A stretch of DNA of 64,000 nt, taken from positions 2,946 to 66,945 of the forward strand of contig CAYTGL010000001.1 of the NCBI GenBank assembly GCA_964437335.1, written 5' to 3'. The notes below the pieces were generated by a model, which was given only the letters and a program-made list of their open reading frames with translations, did not search any database and was not told the origin of the DNA. The translations under genes were made by a program, and so were the position numbers. The stretch comes from an uncultured Chromatiales bacterium (GTDB lineage Bacteria > Pseudomonadota > Gammaproteobacteria > SZUA-140). Below, one piece after another: positions 10,129 through 19,220 of the stretch. Position 1 is the first letter of the stretch. The number at the start of each line of letters is the position of its first letter.

Positions 10129-11250
10129 ATGGCGAGGCGCCCGAAGCACGAGGAACACGTCAATCACGAACGCTGGGCGATCCCTTACGGCGACCTGGTC
10201 ACACTGCTGCTCGCCTTCTTCGTTGTGATGTACTCGATCTCGTCAGTCAACGAAGGCAAGTACCGGGTGCTGTCGGACTCGCTGATGTCCGCATTCCGCC
10301 AGCCTGCGAAGTCGATGGAGCCGATCCAGGTCGGAGAGCCCGCCAAATCGCCGATGGCCGCGAATATCAACTTCGTCGAGCGCCCGAGCTTCGTCGAAAA
10401 CCAGTCGATGGTGGTCAGGAATCCGCATCAGACCGAGGAAGGATACCGGGGAAATTTTCCGACACTCGGTTCGCTGGTCGGGTCGGACAAGGTCGCGGAG
10501 ATCGGCAGAATCGCAGAAGAGATCAGCCGCTCCCTGAAGGATTTGATGGACCAGGGGCTGGTGACCGTGCATTTCAATGAGCTGTGGCTCGAAGTCGAGA
10601 TCAAGGACAGCATCCTGTTTCCGAGCGGCAGCGCACAGCTGCAGTCCCGCGCCGTGCCGGTGCTGATGCAGATCGCGGCTATCCTGCGCGACGCGACGAA
10701 TCCGGTCAGGGTCGAGGGATTCACCGACAATGTCCCGATCAATACCCTGCTATATCCGTCCAACTGGGAGCTGTCGACGGTGCGCGCCGCGAGCGTCGTG
10801 CGTCTATTGGCGCGCGACGGCATCGCGCCGGGACGGTTATCCGCGCTCGGCTACGGTGAGTTCAGGCCGATCGCGGACAACGATACGCCGGCAGGTCGTG
10901 CGCAGAATCGCCGGGTCGTGCTGGTCGTGCTTGCCGACGAAAATCTTTCATTCCTGCTCGAGGGCGGGATGCGGGAACGTCGCCCTCCCGTGCGGGGGCC
11001 CGTCGATGCCCGGGCGGCCGACGCAGAGCCGCCGGCGCGCGAGCAGCGGGAACCTGTCGCCGATACACCACCGGTGATCACGGAGCCGCGCGCTCCGGAC
11101 GCACTGACTGAATTTCAGCCTACCCCCCGGTCCGGGCCCCTGATCGCTGATACCGGGCCGGCGGTGCCGCTCATCCCGCGGATTACGCCGATTACGCCGA
11201 TCGATCTCGGCGGACCGCTGATTCGTACGCCCGCGCCACCGCCGCCCTGA
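10129..11250 (+). CDS. motB: flagellar stator protein MotB/MotD with OmpA-like domain and Pro-rich tail
   Basis: 373 aa. N-terminal TM helix, conserved plug region, OmpA/MotB peptidoglycan-binding domain (VEGFTDNVPI...NRRVVLVV), then a low-complexity Pro-rich C-terminus. Confidence 0.85.
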   Translation: MARRPKHEEHVNHERWAIPYGDLVTLLLAFFVVMYSISSVNEGKYRVLSDSLMSAFRQPAKSMEPIQVGEPAKSPMAANINFVERPSFVENQSMVVRNPHQTEEGYRGNFPTLGSLVGSDKVAEIGRIAEEISRSLKDLMDQGLVTVHFNELWLEVEIKDSILFPSGSAQLQSRAVPVLMQIAAILRDATNPVRVEGFTDNVPINTLLYPSNWELSTVRAASVVRLLARDGIAPGRLSALGYGEFRPIADNDTPAGRAQNRRVVLVVLADENLSFLLEGGMRERRPPVRGPVDARAADAEPPAREQREPVADTPPVITEPRAPDALTEFQPTPRSGPLIADTGPAVPLIPRITPITPIDLGGPLIRTPAPPPP

Positions 11251-11354
11251 GGTTGTCCAAAACTGGCATGGAATCTGCAGAATCACTGCGGTAGAACCGG
11301 ATGACGGGCGGGCCGGATCACTGATCGCGGTCTGCTCGCAGGACGGAGGTCCCA

Positions 11355-11531
11355 ATGTCCGAGATCAGGGATATCAAGCCGGCGGAGCCGATGTGGCAGA
11401 AGCGTTCGGTCGACAAGACGAGCCAGGACACCCGGCAGGAATCGCCGCGCAAGGAACGGAAACGCAAGCGGCGCGAGGACAGTCGCGGCGAGGATGATAC
11501 TCGCGGCGGCACTATTGACGAATATGTGTAG
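11355..11531 (+). CDS. small (58 aa) highly charged K/R/E/D-rich ORF of unknown function
   Basis: MSEIRDIKPAEPMWQKRSVDKTSQDTRQESPRKERKRKRREDSRGEDDTRGGTIDEYV. GGAGG 7 nt upstream. Below the 60-aa cutoff of the ORF track. Sits between motB and the DUF2802 gene. Confidence 0.35.
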   Translation: MSEIRDIKPAEPMWQKRSVDKTSQDTRQESPRKERKRKRREDSRGEDDTRGGTIDEYV

Positions 11532-11542
11532 GGGAGCCGGAA

Positions 11543-11989
11543 ATGACCATTGATCTGACAGCCATTCTGTTGCCGGCAGTGACGTGCATCGCACTGCTTG
11601 CCGCCGTGCTGCTCCAGGGCGCGAAGCTGCGGCGCGCGCGCAAAGCGGATCAGAACCTGCGTGGGGATATGGGGGCGCTCCGCCGGGATATCGAGGCGCT
11701 GCAAGACGACATCAGCGCATTGTGTTCAGGTGCCAACGGCGTGGGAATGCACCTGAGCAAGGTCGATCGGCAAATATTGCGGCTGAATGAGCGCCAGGAC
11801 CAGCTCGAGCTCAGGGATTCGGTCCATAGTGAATATGACCAGGCGGTGCGCATGATACAACGCGGCGCCAGCGTCGACGAGATCATCAGTCACTGCAACC
11901 TGGCGCGGGCCGAAGCCGAACTGCTGTCACGCCTGCACGATCCGGGGCTGCCGGGCCGGAATGAAAGGAGCATGCGCTCCGTCGCGTGA
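11543..11989 (+). CDS. DUF2802-domain protein (flagellar-cluster associated)
   Basis: 148 aa. N-terminal TM helix and a coiled region with MHLSKVDRQILRLNERQDQLE, typical of DUF2802 proteins encoded at the end of polar-flagellar che/mot clusters. GGGGAG RBS. Confidence 0.7.
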   Translation: MTIDLTAILLPAVTCIALLAAVLLQGAKLRRARKADQNLRGDMGALRRDIEALQDDISALCSGANGVGMHLSKVDRQILRLNERQDQLELRDSVHSEYDQAVRMIQRGASVDEIISHCNLARAEAELLSRLHDPGLPGRNERSMRSVA

Positions 11990-12062
11990 ATGCGCGATCC
12001 GCCCCGCTGGCGGCGAAACCTGCCCGGTGATACGCAGGATCGGGCATGGAATCCGCTGTATA

Positions 12063-13922
12063 TCAGCTGCCCGGTATCCCGATCTGCGGCTTGCCGATGA
12101 AGTTGCCCTGGGCGAAGTGAACACCGTACTGCTGCAGCAGCGCCAGGGTTTCGGCATTTTCGACGAATTCGGCGACGATCTGCTTGTCCAGCGCCCGGCC
12201 GACCTCGATCATCGATCGCACCAGTCGCTGATCAATCGGGTCGTTCAACAGGTTGTTGATGAAGCTGCCGTCGATCTTCAGATAGTCGACCGGGAACTGC
12301 TTGAGATAGTTGAATGAACTGAATCCGGTGCCGAAATCATCGAGCGCGAAACGGCAGCCGAACTCGCGCAGGCGATTGATCATCGCGCGGGTTTGCTCGT
12401 AGTTTTCAACCGCGGCGGTTTCGGTTATTTCGAAAGTGATGCGGCCGGGATCGACGGCCGTTTCCTTCAGTTTTTCATGTACCAGCGCCAGCAGCGCCGG
12501 GTTCCGGAAGGCATAAATCGACAGGTTGACGTTGATCGAGATATCGCTGTCGGGGCCGAGGCTGTGCAGCTTGTCGATCGCATGGCCCACTGCCCACAGG
12601 TCGATATCATGGATCAATCCCATGCGCTCCGCGACCGGAATGAACTGGTCCGGGGCGATCAGCGCGCCGGCGTCGTCAATCATGCGAATCAGGGCCTCGT
12701 AGCCGACGATGCGCCCGCCCGAAAGCTCGATGACCGGCTGGTACAACATACGGAAGCTGCCGCTGCTCAGCGCCTCCCTGATGCGGGGCACCCAGTCGAC
12801 CGCATCGTGCAGCAGGCTGCTGACGAGATCCTGCTCATTGAATAGATGCACGAGATTGCGGCCGCGGGACTTGGCCTCGAAGCAGGCCTGTGCGGAGCGC
12901 GCCAAGGCCTCGCTGGCGGTATAGCCGGACTCCGGAGGGATCGCCAGGATGCCGAGGCTGGCGCTGATCTGGTACTCGCGGTCCTCAGTCCTGAAGCGAA
13001 ACGCATCTATCTCCTTGCGCAGTACCTCCGCCAGCGCCATCGCAGCCTGATCGTCTGTGTCGCTGAGCAATACCGCATATTCATCCGAGCTGAGTCGCGC
13101 GAGCAAATGACCCTGGTGCAATTGCGCTCGCAGGATATTCGCGACGTTCATCAGCAGCCGGTCGCCGGCCGCATGGCCTTCGAGATCGTTGATGATCTTG
13201 AACTGATCAAGATCGATATAGATCAATGCTGCGGTCCTGTTTTGCTCGCGCAGCGCGGACAGCGTCGACTCCAGCATCTGTTCGAGGCGGCGCCGGTTCG
13301 GCAGTCCCGTGAGATCGTCATGCGAGACCAGGTATTGCAGCCGCGCCTCCATGACCTTGCGCTCCGCGAGTTCGGCTTCAAGTTCGCTCTCGTGACGCTG
13401 GCGCACATCGCGTTCCCGCTTCAGCAGCAGCGCGGAAATCACGCGCGGAATCAGATCGAAGCCTTCGATCGGGCGGAACAGGATGTCCGTCGCGCCGGCT
13501 TCGAGGGTCTCGGACAGGATTTCATCCTGCCACGCTGAGTGGGGGCGGATCGCGATGATCGGAATCTCGCGCCAGGGGCGGTGACTGTGCACGGCGCGGC
13601 TCAGCCGGTATCCGCCAAGTTTCGGCGCCATCACGTCGAGCAGGATCAGATCGATCCCGTCACCGTCATGCCGGCTGTTGCGTTCGAGAATCTCCAGCGC
13701 GTTCTGTTCGGTTTGTGCGATGTGGATCCGCGTGAAACCGCCGACCTCGAGCAGCGAGGCAATCGAGGCGCTGCCGGCCGGCACCTCATCGAGTACCAGG
13801 ACACCCATGCGACGCAGATCCTCGAGCCGAAGATCGCCGCCTGTCGGACGGTCTGAGAGGGGATTATCGACTCCCGGGGCAGTGGAGAGGCTGTTCAGGT
13901 CGGGTTTACGGGTGGCGGTCAT
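12063..13922 (-). CDS. response-regulator receiver + degenerate GGDEF + EAL c-di-GMP phosphodiesterase
   Basis: 619 aa. REC domain (LILLDVMAPK); GGDEF-like domain whose signature is SSDEY instead of GG[DE]EF; intact EAL domain (YEALIR, FEITE, LDDFGTG, KIDGSF). Confidence 0.9.
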   Translation of the reverse strand: MTATRKPDLNSLSTAPGVDNPLSDRPTGGDLRLEDLRRMGVLVLDEVPAGSASIASLLEVGGFTRIHIAQTEQNALEILERNSRHDGDGIDLILLDVMAPKLGGYRLSRAVHSHRPWREIPIIAIRPHSAWQDEILSETLEAGATDILFRPIEGFDLIPRVISALLLKRERDVRQRHESELEAELAERKVMEARLQYLVSHDDLTGLPNRRRLEQMLESTLSALREQNRTAALIYIDLDQFKIINDLEGHAAGDRLLMNVANILRAQLHQGHLLARLSSDEYAVLLSDTDDQAAMALAEVLRKEIDAFRFRTEDREYQISASLGILAIPPESGYTASEALARSAQACFEAKSRGRNLVHLFNEQDLVSSLLHDAVDWVPRIREALSSGSFRMLYQPVIELSGGRIVGYEALIRMIDDAGALIAPDQFIPVAERMGLIHDIDLWAVGHAIDKLHSLGPDSDISINVNLSIYAFRNPALLALVHEKLKETAVDPGRITFEITETAAVENYEQTRAMINRLREFGCRFALDDFGTGFSSFNYLKQFPVDYLKIDGSFINNLLNDPIDQRLVRSMIEVGRALDKQIVAEFVENAETLALLQQYGVHFAQGNFIGKPQIGIPGS

Positions 13923-14079
13923 CTGGCGTGCGGTTATCGGCGGGATTCTTCTGGTAATTGCTTATTGTTGGCATCGGTCCTGCATATTAAGGCAGGCGGC
14001 CGCTGTACATCTGCCCGTAGAGCGGGTCGCAACGCCTGATGAACCCTGAGATGCATTATATGCTATTTGGCGACTACAA

Positions 14080-15048
14080 GTGCATAGACCTTTCCGCCCG
14101 GGTGTTACGTCGTCCGGCCTGACCGTCATGCCACAGAGTCCGGAGCAGACACCTTCCCCCCACTGGTATACCCGGCGCGGCACCGTCGTACAGGGCCCGT
14201 TCCCTGCAGGCCTGATCCGTCGTTATGTCATCCTCGGCCGAATCCGGGTCGGCGATGAGCTGAGCCGGGATCTCGCAACGTGGACGCCACTCGAAGACCT
14301 GCCCGAGCTGATACCGGATTTTGTGCAGGACGCGCATGATGATCCCCGTATGCAACGGCGCCTGATCGCCGCGAAACGCTGGGAGGACGAACGGCGCTAC
14401 GAGGAGCGCCGGACGGACAGTAACGAACTCCAGGAGGAACGGCGCAGGGAGGAGGATCGTCGGCGCGCCGAATCGAATGAACTGCCGCTGCGACGGCCTG
14501 CCGCCAATGACGGTGACAGCATCGTGCACGGGATCCATCCCGGGCACCGCAGAGGTGTGATTACCGCGCTCGTCGCGTTCCTGGTCATGACCGTCGTCGT
14601 GATGTTCCTGTCCCGTCCCGCCATCCTCGAGGATGGCGCGGATTGTCGTCGGGCGCCGGGGCCGGAAGTGGACTGGCGTGACTGTTCGATGGAAGGCAGG
14701 AATCTGAACGGTACCGATCTTCGCGCCGCGAAGATGAACAGCATGGCGTTGAACGGGGCGAATCTCGGCAGTGCGCGCCTGGTTCGCGCGGACCTGTCCT
14801 TCAGCAATCTCAGCGTCGCGAGCCTGCGTGCTGCGGATTTGAGCGAGGCGCGACTGATGGGTACGAGCCTGCGCGGCAGCGACTTGTCCGGCGCCAGTGT
14901 CGAAAACGCTGATCTGTCATACGCCGATCTGCGAAATGCAAAACTGGACGGCATGCGGATGACCGGCGCGCGATTCGATCATGCTGTCTGGGTCGATGGC
15001 CGCACGTGCCTGCCCGGGTCGGTCGGAGGCTGTTTTACAACAGAGTAG
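14080..15048 (+). CDS. GYF_2 (DUF4339)-TM-pentapeptide-repeat protein
   Basis: N-terminal WYTRRGTVVQGPFPAGLIRRYVILGRIRVGDELSRDLATWTPLEDLPEL (GYF_2-like); charged linker; TM helix VITALVAFLVMTVVVMFL; C-terminal tandem pentapeptide repeats (A[DN]LS...). Start may be the internal Met at 14128. Confidence 0.75.
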   Translation: MHRPFRPGVTSSGLTVMPQSPEQTPSPHWYTRRGTVVQGPFPAGLIRRYVILGRIRVGDELSRDLATWTPLEDLPELIPDFVQDAHDDPRMQRRLIAAKRWEDERRYEERRTDSNELQEERRREEDRRRAESNELPLRRPAANDGDSIVHGIHPGHRRGVITALVAFLVMTVVVMFLSRPAILEDGADCRRAPGPEVDWRDCSMEGRNLNGTDLRAAKMNSMALNGANLGSARLVRADLSFSNLSVASLRAADLSEARLMGTSLRGSDLSGASVENADLSYADLRNAKLDGMRMTGARFDHAVWVDGRTCLPGSVGGCFTTE

Positions 15049-15073
15049 GATACGGTTCGCTGTGCTCCGCATG

Positions 15074-16645
15074 CTACGGGGCTGTCTGCTCACGGATACG
15101 TGCCGCGAGCGCCGATGGATCGACCGGCACGGCAGTGTCGATCGTGAGCACCTCCGCGCGTTCATCGCTTCCGAGCGGTTCCTGATCCCGTAACTGAAGT
15201 TCCAGCACCTCGAGGCCGGCTTCGGAGGCATCTTGCGATTGCGCGGCCCGTTGCAGGATTCTCGCGCGTAATTCGCTTTCCGGCGCCACGAAATCAAGTA
15301 TCAGAAACGGGACACCGAGTTTCCTCGCCAGTTCCCTGAAGCGTTCGCGCTGTGCGCGTTTGAGAAAGGTCGCATCGATGATCGCCGAGTAACCCGCCGC
15401 GATCACGGCAGCGCCGCAATTAGCCAGTCGTTCGTAGGTCTGTTGTCCCGTAGCGGGATCGTAGATTCCGCCGCCCGGCGCCGAGCGGCTGCGGTCCTCG
15501 GGCGCGAGCCCGCGCAAGCGCTTGCGCTCGACGTCCGAGCGTACCCTCAACGCGCGGCACGTAACCAGCAAGGCGTCGGTCAGTGTCGTCTTGCCGCAGC
15601 CGGACAGTCCATGCGTGATGAACAGCGCGGGTCGTCGCTCGCGAGTGTAGCTGTCTGCAAGCACGACATGACGGCGCATGTGATCAAGCAGGTCGGTCTG
15701 TTCGGCGCGCTTACCTGATTGGTCCGCGCGGATGCACGCGACCTTCGCCCTGACCATCGCGCGATAGACGAGGTAGTAGCCCAGGCAGGCCAGCCCGGCG
15801 TAATCGCCGCGATGATGCAGATACTGGTTCAGGAAGCGCAGGCCGTGATCCGGATGCTGGTGATAGTCGAGGTCCATGATCAGGAAGGCAATCTCGCTGA
15901 TCACATCAATCCAGCGCAGGTCCGGGCTGAATTCGAGGCAGTCGAACGGGACGGGCCGTCCGTCGATCAACGCGATATTGCCGAGGTGGAGGTCGCCATG
16001 GCATTCGCGTATGTATCCCTGTTGTCGGCGCAGCGCCATGCGTGGTGCGAGGCGCTCATGAGCGGCAAGGGTCCACGTGCGCAGCCGGGCGAGTTCCGGC
16101 GCGATATCGCCGGCCGGGGCCAGTGCGTCGATCTGGTTGAAATTTTCAATGGCGGGACGGAGGATCTGTGCGGGATGCCCGAGGGACGGGGGCGGCGGGG
16201 TCCTGGCCGCGTTCTCGTGGAAGTGGGCAAGGTCTTCGGCAAGGGCCGCGAAGCAGTGGTCGTCGATTCTGTTCAGCGTGATGAGCCTGTCGAGCTGCTG
16301 TGCCGGGTCGAATTCCCGCATTCGGACCGCATACTCGATCGGTTCTCCGGCCCCGTTGATCGCGGGCGCGTCCATGCTGCCGGTGATCGCGACGACGTCG
16401 AGATAGATATGCGGCGCCAGTCGCCGGTTGAGTCGCAGCTCTTCGTCACAGAAATGGCGGCGCAGTTCCAGGGTAGAGAAGTCGAGGAATCCGAGATTGA
16501 CCGGTTTTTTGATCTTGTAGGCCATGGCCCCGGTCAGCAGCACCCAGGAGATATGAGTCTCGACCAGATCAAAACCGGCGACCGGGTGATCATACAGCGC
16601 CGGATTCATCAATGCCCGGATCAGCACGGGCGGCTGCGCGTTCAT
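15074..16645 (-). CDS. bifunctional aminoglycoside-phosphotransferase-like kinase / P-loop ATP-binding protein
   Basis: N-terminal APH/choline-kinase-like fold (HGDLHLGNIAL, D...D motifs). C-terminal P-loop kinase (ITHGLSGCGKTTLTDAL). Start placed at the internal Met MNAQPPV; the ORF as listed runs to 16699. Confidence 0.8.
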   Translation of the reverse strand: MNAQPPVLIRALMNPALYDHPVAGFDLVETHISWVLLTGAMAYKIKKPVNLGFLDFSTLELRRHFCDEELRLNRRLAPHIYLDVVAITGSMDAPAINGAGEPIEYAVRMREFDPAQQLDRLITLNRIDDHCFAALAEDLAHFHENAARTPPPPSLGHPAQILRPAIENFNQIDALAPAGDIAPELARLRTWTLAAHERLAPRMALRRQQGYIRECHGDLHLGNIALIDGRPVPFDCLEFSPDLRWIDVISEIAFLIMDLDYHQHPDHGLRFLNQYLHHRGDYAGLACLGYYLVYRAMVRAKVACIRADQSGKRAEQTDLLDHMRRHVVLADSYTRERRPALFITHGLSGCGKTTLTDALLVTCRALRVRSDVERKRLRGLAPEDRSRSAPGGGIYDPATGQQTYERLANCGAAVIAAGYSAIIDATFLKRAQRERFRELARKLGVPFLILDFVAPESELRARILQRAAQSQDASEAGLEVLELQLRDQEPLGSDERAEVLTIDTAVPVDPSALAARIREQTAP

Positions 16646-16714
16646 GCGCGTATTGTCTCGCCGCGTCGCGACCACAACAAGCCCGGACCGCACAGACACA
16701 AGCGTTCATGAATA

Positions 16715-17275
16715 ATGCAGGTTAGTGCTAGAATCCAACGGATCGATTATCAGGGGTACGGGTACGTGAGCGTTTATTCCGTCGACAAGCTGATCGCGCA
16801 GGCCAGGCTGCTGGCGACAGAATACCGCCGAACCACCGGACGGCCGCTGGCCGGGATCAGCGGCGAGATCAGTCAATACGACGCGGCCCGCCTGCTTGAT
16901 CTCGAACTGCGACCAGGCGAGAACGCCGGTTATGACGCGATCGGCCGCGGCAGCCGGGCGGGCAGGCGCATCCAGATCAAGGCCAGGGCGATCTTCGATC
17001 AGAGCAAGTCCGGCCAGCGCATCGGACAGATCAAGATCGACCAGCACTGGGACAGCGTGGTACTTGTCCTGATGGACGAAAACTTCGAGCCCTTCGAAAT
17101 ATACGAGGCCGATCGCGAGGAACTCGTAGAGGCGCTCGGGCACCGCTCGGGCGGCAATCGCGGCAAGCGGGGCGCGATGTCGGTCGCGAAATTCAAGGCG
17201 ATTGGGCGTTTGGTCTGGACCCGGGAAAATGGCATCGAAGACGACGGTATCTGGGATAACCAGGCAAGACCCTGA
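16715..17275 (+). CDS. hypothetical protein (possible PD-(D/E)xK-like nuclease fold)
   Basis: 186 aa with good GC3 codon bias. Motifs YDAIG ... IQIKAR ... QIKIDQ. No confident family call. Its 3' end overlaps the dinG-like start region. Confidence 0.5.
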   Translation: MQVSARIQRIDYQGYGYVSVYSVDKLIAQARLLATEYRRTTGRPLAGISGEISQYDAARLLDLELRPGENAGYDAIGRGSRAGRRIQIKARAIFDQSKSGQRIGQIKIDQHWDSVVLVLMDENFEPFEIYEADREELVEALGHRSGGNRGKRGAMSVAKFKAIGRLVWTRENGIEDDGIWDNQARP

Positions 17276-19220
17276 GGCCGCGCTGCTGATCGGCGATGCC
17301 GCGGCAATCCTCGGTCCGAACGGGCCGATTGCCCGCGCACTGCCCGGTTTCACCGTTCGTCCGCGCCAGCAGGCCATGGCCGGGCGCGTCATGGAGACCC
17401 TGAGCGAAGGCGGAAACCTGATCAGCGAGGCCGGGACCGGTACCGGCAAGACGCTGGCCTACCTCGCGCCGGCGCTGCTGCACGGCGGCAAGGTTGTAAT
17501 CTCGACCGGCACCCGGACCTTGCAGGATCAGCTATTTCATCGAGATATCCCGCTGGTGCGCAAGGCGCTCGCGAGTTCTGCACGGGTCGCGATGCTCAAG
17601 GGTCGCTCGAACTATCTCTGTCTGCATCGCCTGGGGGAAGCGGAGAGCGCGGTTGGAGCCAGCGATGAGCGTCTGTTCGAAGTGCGGGCGTGGCTGAAGC
17701 ATACCCAGAGCGGCGAACTCTCCGAACTGCCGGCGATCCCGGATGATGATCCGCTGCGTTATCAGCTGAGCTCGACGACCGACAACTGTCTCGGTCAGCA
17801 GTGTCCTGCCTGGTCCGACTGCCACGTCGTCAAGGCGCGCCAGCGCGCCCAGGAGGCAGATGTGCTGGTCATCAACCATCACCTGCTGTTCTCCGATATC
17901 CTGCTGCGCGAGGAAGGTTATGGCGAACTGCTGCCGGACAACGCCTCGTTCATCATCGACGAGGCGCATCAGTTGCCGGAGATCGCTTCGAATTTCTTCG
18001 GCGTCGCGATCGGTGGACGCCAGTTGTCAGAACTCGCGCGCGACATCCTGCGTGCCCTGCGGGCGCTCGGCGGCGACATGCCGCAGATCGAACAGGCGGC
18101 GCGCCAGCTCGAGCGATCGACCGAAGGTTTCCGCCGCGTGCTCGGCGGCGAGCAGCGCCAGGTCGCCTGGCGCGAGCTGGGCCGGCGCAAGGAGGTCGGC
18201 GAGGCTGTTTCGGAACTGCTGCACAACCTGGATCAGCTCGACCAGTTGCTCGAACAGGCGGCCGCGCGTGACAAGTCGATCGACAACTGCCGCCGGCGCA
18301 ATCAGGTATTGCGGTCGCGATTGCAATTGTTCATCGGCGATGACAAAGCGGCTGAGGAAGGCGATCCACAAGATCAGATCCGCTGGGTCGAATGTACCCG
18401 GCGCTCATTCGTGCTGCGCGTGACACCGATGGATTTTGCCGATACCTTCCGCGCGGCGATGTCACGCTATGAAGGCGCATGGATCTTTACTTCGGCGACG
18501 CTTGCGGTCGGCGGCGACTTCACGCACTTCAGCACGCGACTGGGTATCGTGGATGCCGCGACCGCGCATTGGGACAGCCCGTTCGACTATGCCCGCAACG
18601 CGCTGTTGTATCTGCCGGAAGGGCTGCCCGAACCTGCGGCGCGCGGGTTTACCGCCGCGGCGGTCGATGCGATGGCCCCGGTGCTGGAAGCCAGCGGCGG
18701 GCGCGCGTTCGTGCTGTTCACGAGCCATCGCGCCCTGCAGGAAGCGGCGACGATCTTCGCGTCGCGACCTGCGCGTTACCCATTATTCGTCCAGGGCACG
18801 CTGCCGCACAGCGAACTGCTCGAACGCTTTCGCATTGCCGGCAATGCGGTGCTGCTCGGCACCGCGAGTTTCTGGGAGGGCATTGACGTGCGTGGTTCGG
18901 CGCTCTCCTGCGTCATCATCGACAAGCTGCCGTTTGCACCGCCCGATGACCCGGTGTTCCAGGCGCGGGCCGAACTGATCCGCGCCCGCGGCGGCAATCC
19001 TTTCCGCGACCATCAGCTGCCGAACGCGATCGTCGCATTGAAACAGGGCGTCGGCCGGCTGATTCGCGCGGTCGATGATCGCGGCGTGCTGATGCTGTGT
19101 GATCCGAGACTGATGTCGCGGCCCTATGGCCGCAGCTTTCTCCGCAATCTGCCGCCAATGCGCCGCGCCGGCGGTTTGTCCGAGGTCGAGGCATTTTTCA
19201 GGGATGCGGCGTTGTCTTGA
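17229..19220 (+). CDS. ATP-dependent DNA helicase DinG/YoaA family
   Basis: Walker A GTGTGKTLAYL; DEAH box (IIDEAHQLPE); Fe-S Cys cluster (CLHR...CLGQQCPAWSDCH); C-terminal helicase motifs. Start uncertain (17202 or 17229); overlaps the upstream ORF. Confidence 0.85.
   Translation: MASKTTVSGITRQDPEAALLIGDAAAILGPNGPIARALPGFTVRPRQQAMAGRVMETLSEGGNLISEAGTGTGKTLAYLAPALLHGGKVVISTGTRTLQDQLFHRDIPLVRKALASSARVAMLKGRSNYLCLHRLGEAESAVGASDERLFEVRAWLKHTQSGELSELPAIPDDDPLRYQLSSTTDNCLGQQCPAWSDCHVVKARQRAQEADVLVINHHLLFSDILLREEGYGELLPDNASFIIDEAHQLPEIASNFFGVAIGGRQLSELARDILRALRALGGDMPQIEQAARQLERSTEGFRRVLGGEQRQVAWRELGRRKEVGEAVSELLHNLDQLDQLLEQAAARDKSIDNCRRRNQVLRSRLQLFIGDDKAAEEGDPQDQIRWVECTRRSFVLRVTPMDFADTFRAAMSRYEGAWIFTSATLAVGGDFTHFSTRLGIVDAATAHWDSPFDYARNALLYLPEGLPEPAARGFTAAAVDAMAPVLEASGGRAFVLFTSHRALQEAATIFASRPARYPLFVQGTLPHSELLERFRIAGNAVLLGTASFWEGIDVRGSALSCVIIDKLPFAPPDDPVFQARAELIRARGGNPFRDHQLPNAIVALKQGVGRLIRAVDDRGVLMLCDPRLMSRPYGRSFLRNLPPMRRAGGLSEVEAFFRDAALS

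Noticed and set aside
16706-17449. 247-aa minus-strand ORF overlapping the hypothetical gene and the helicase start
   Set aside because: Antisense GC artefact. The plus-strand frames have proper codon bias and homology.
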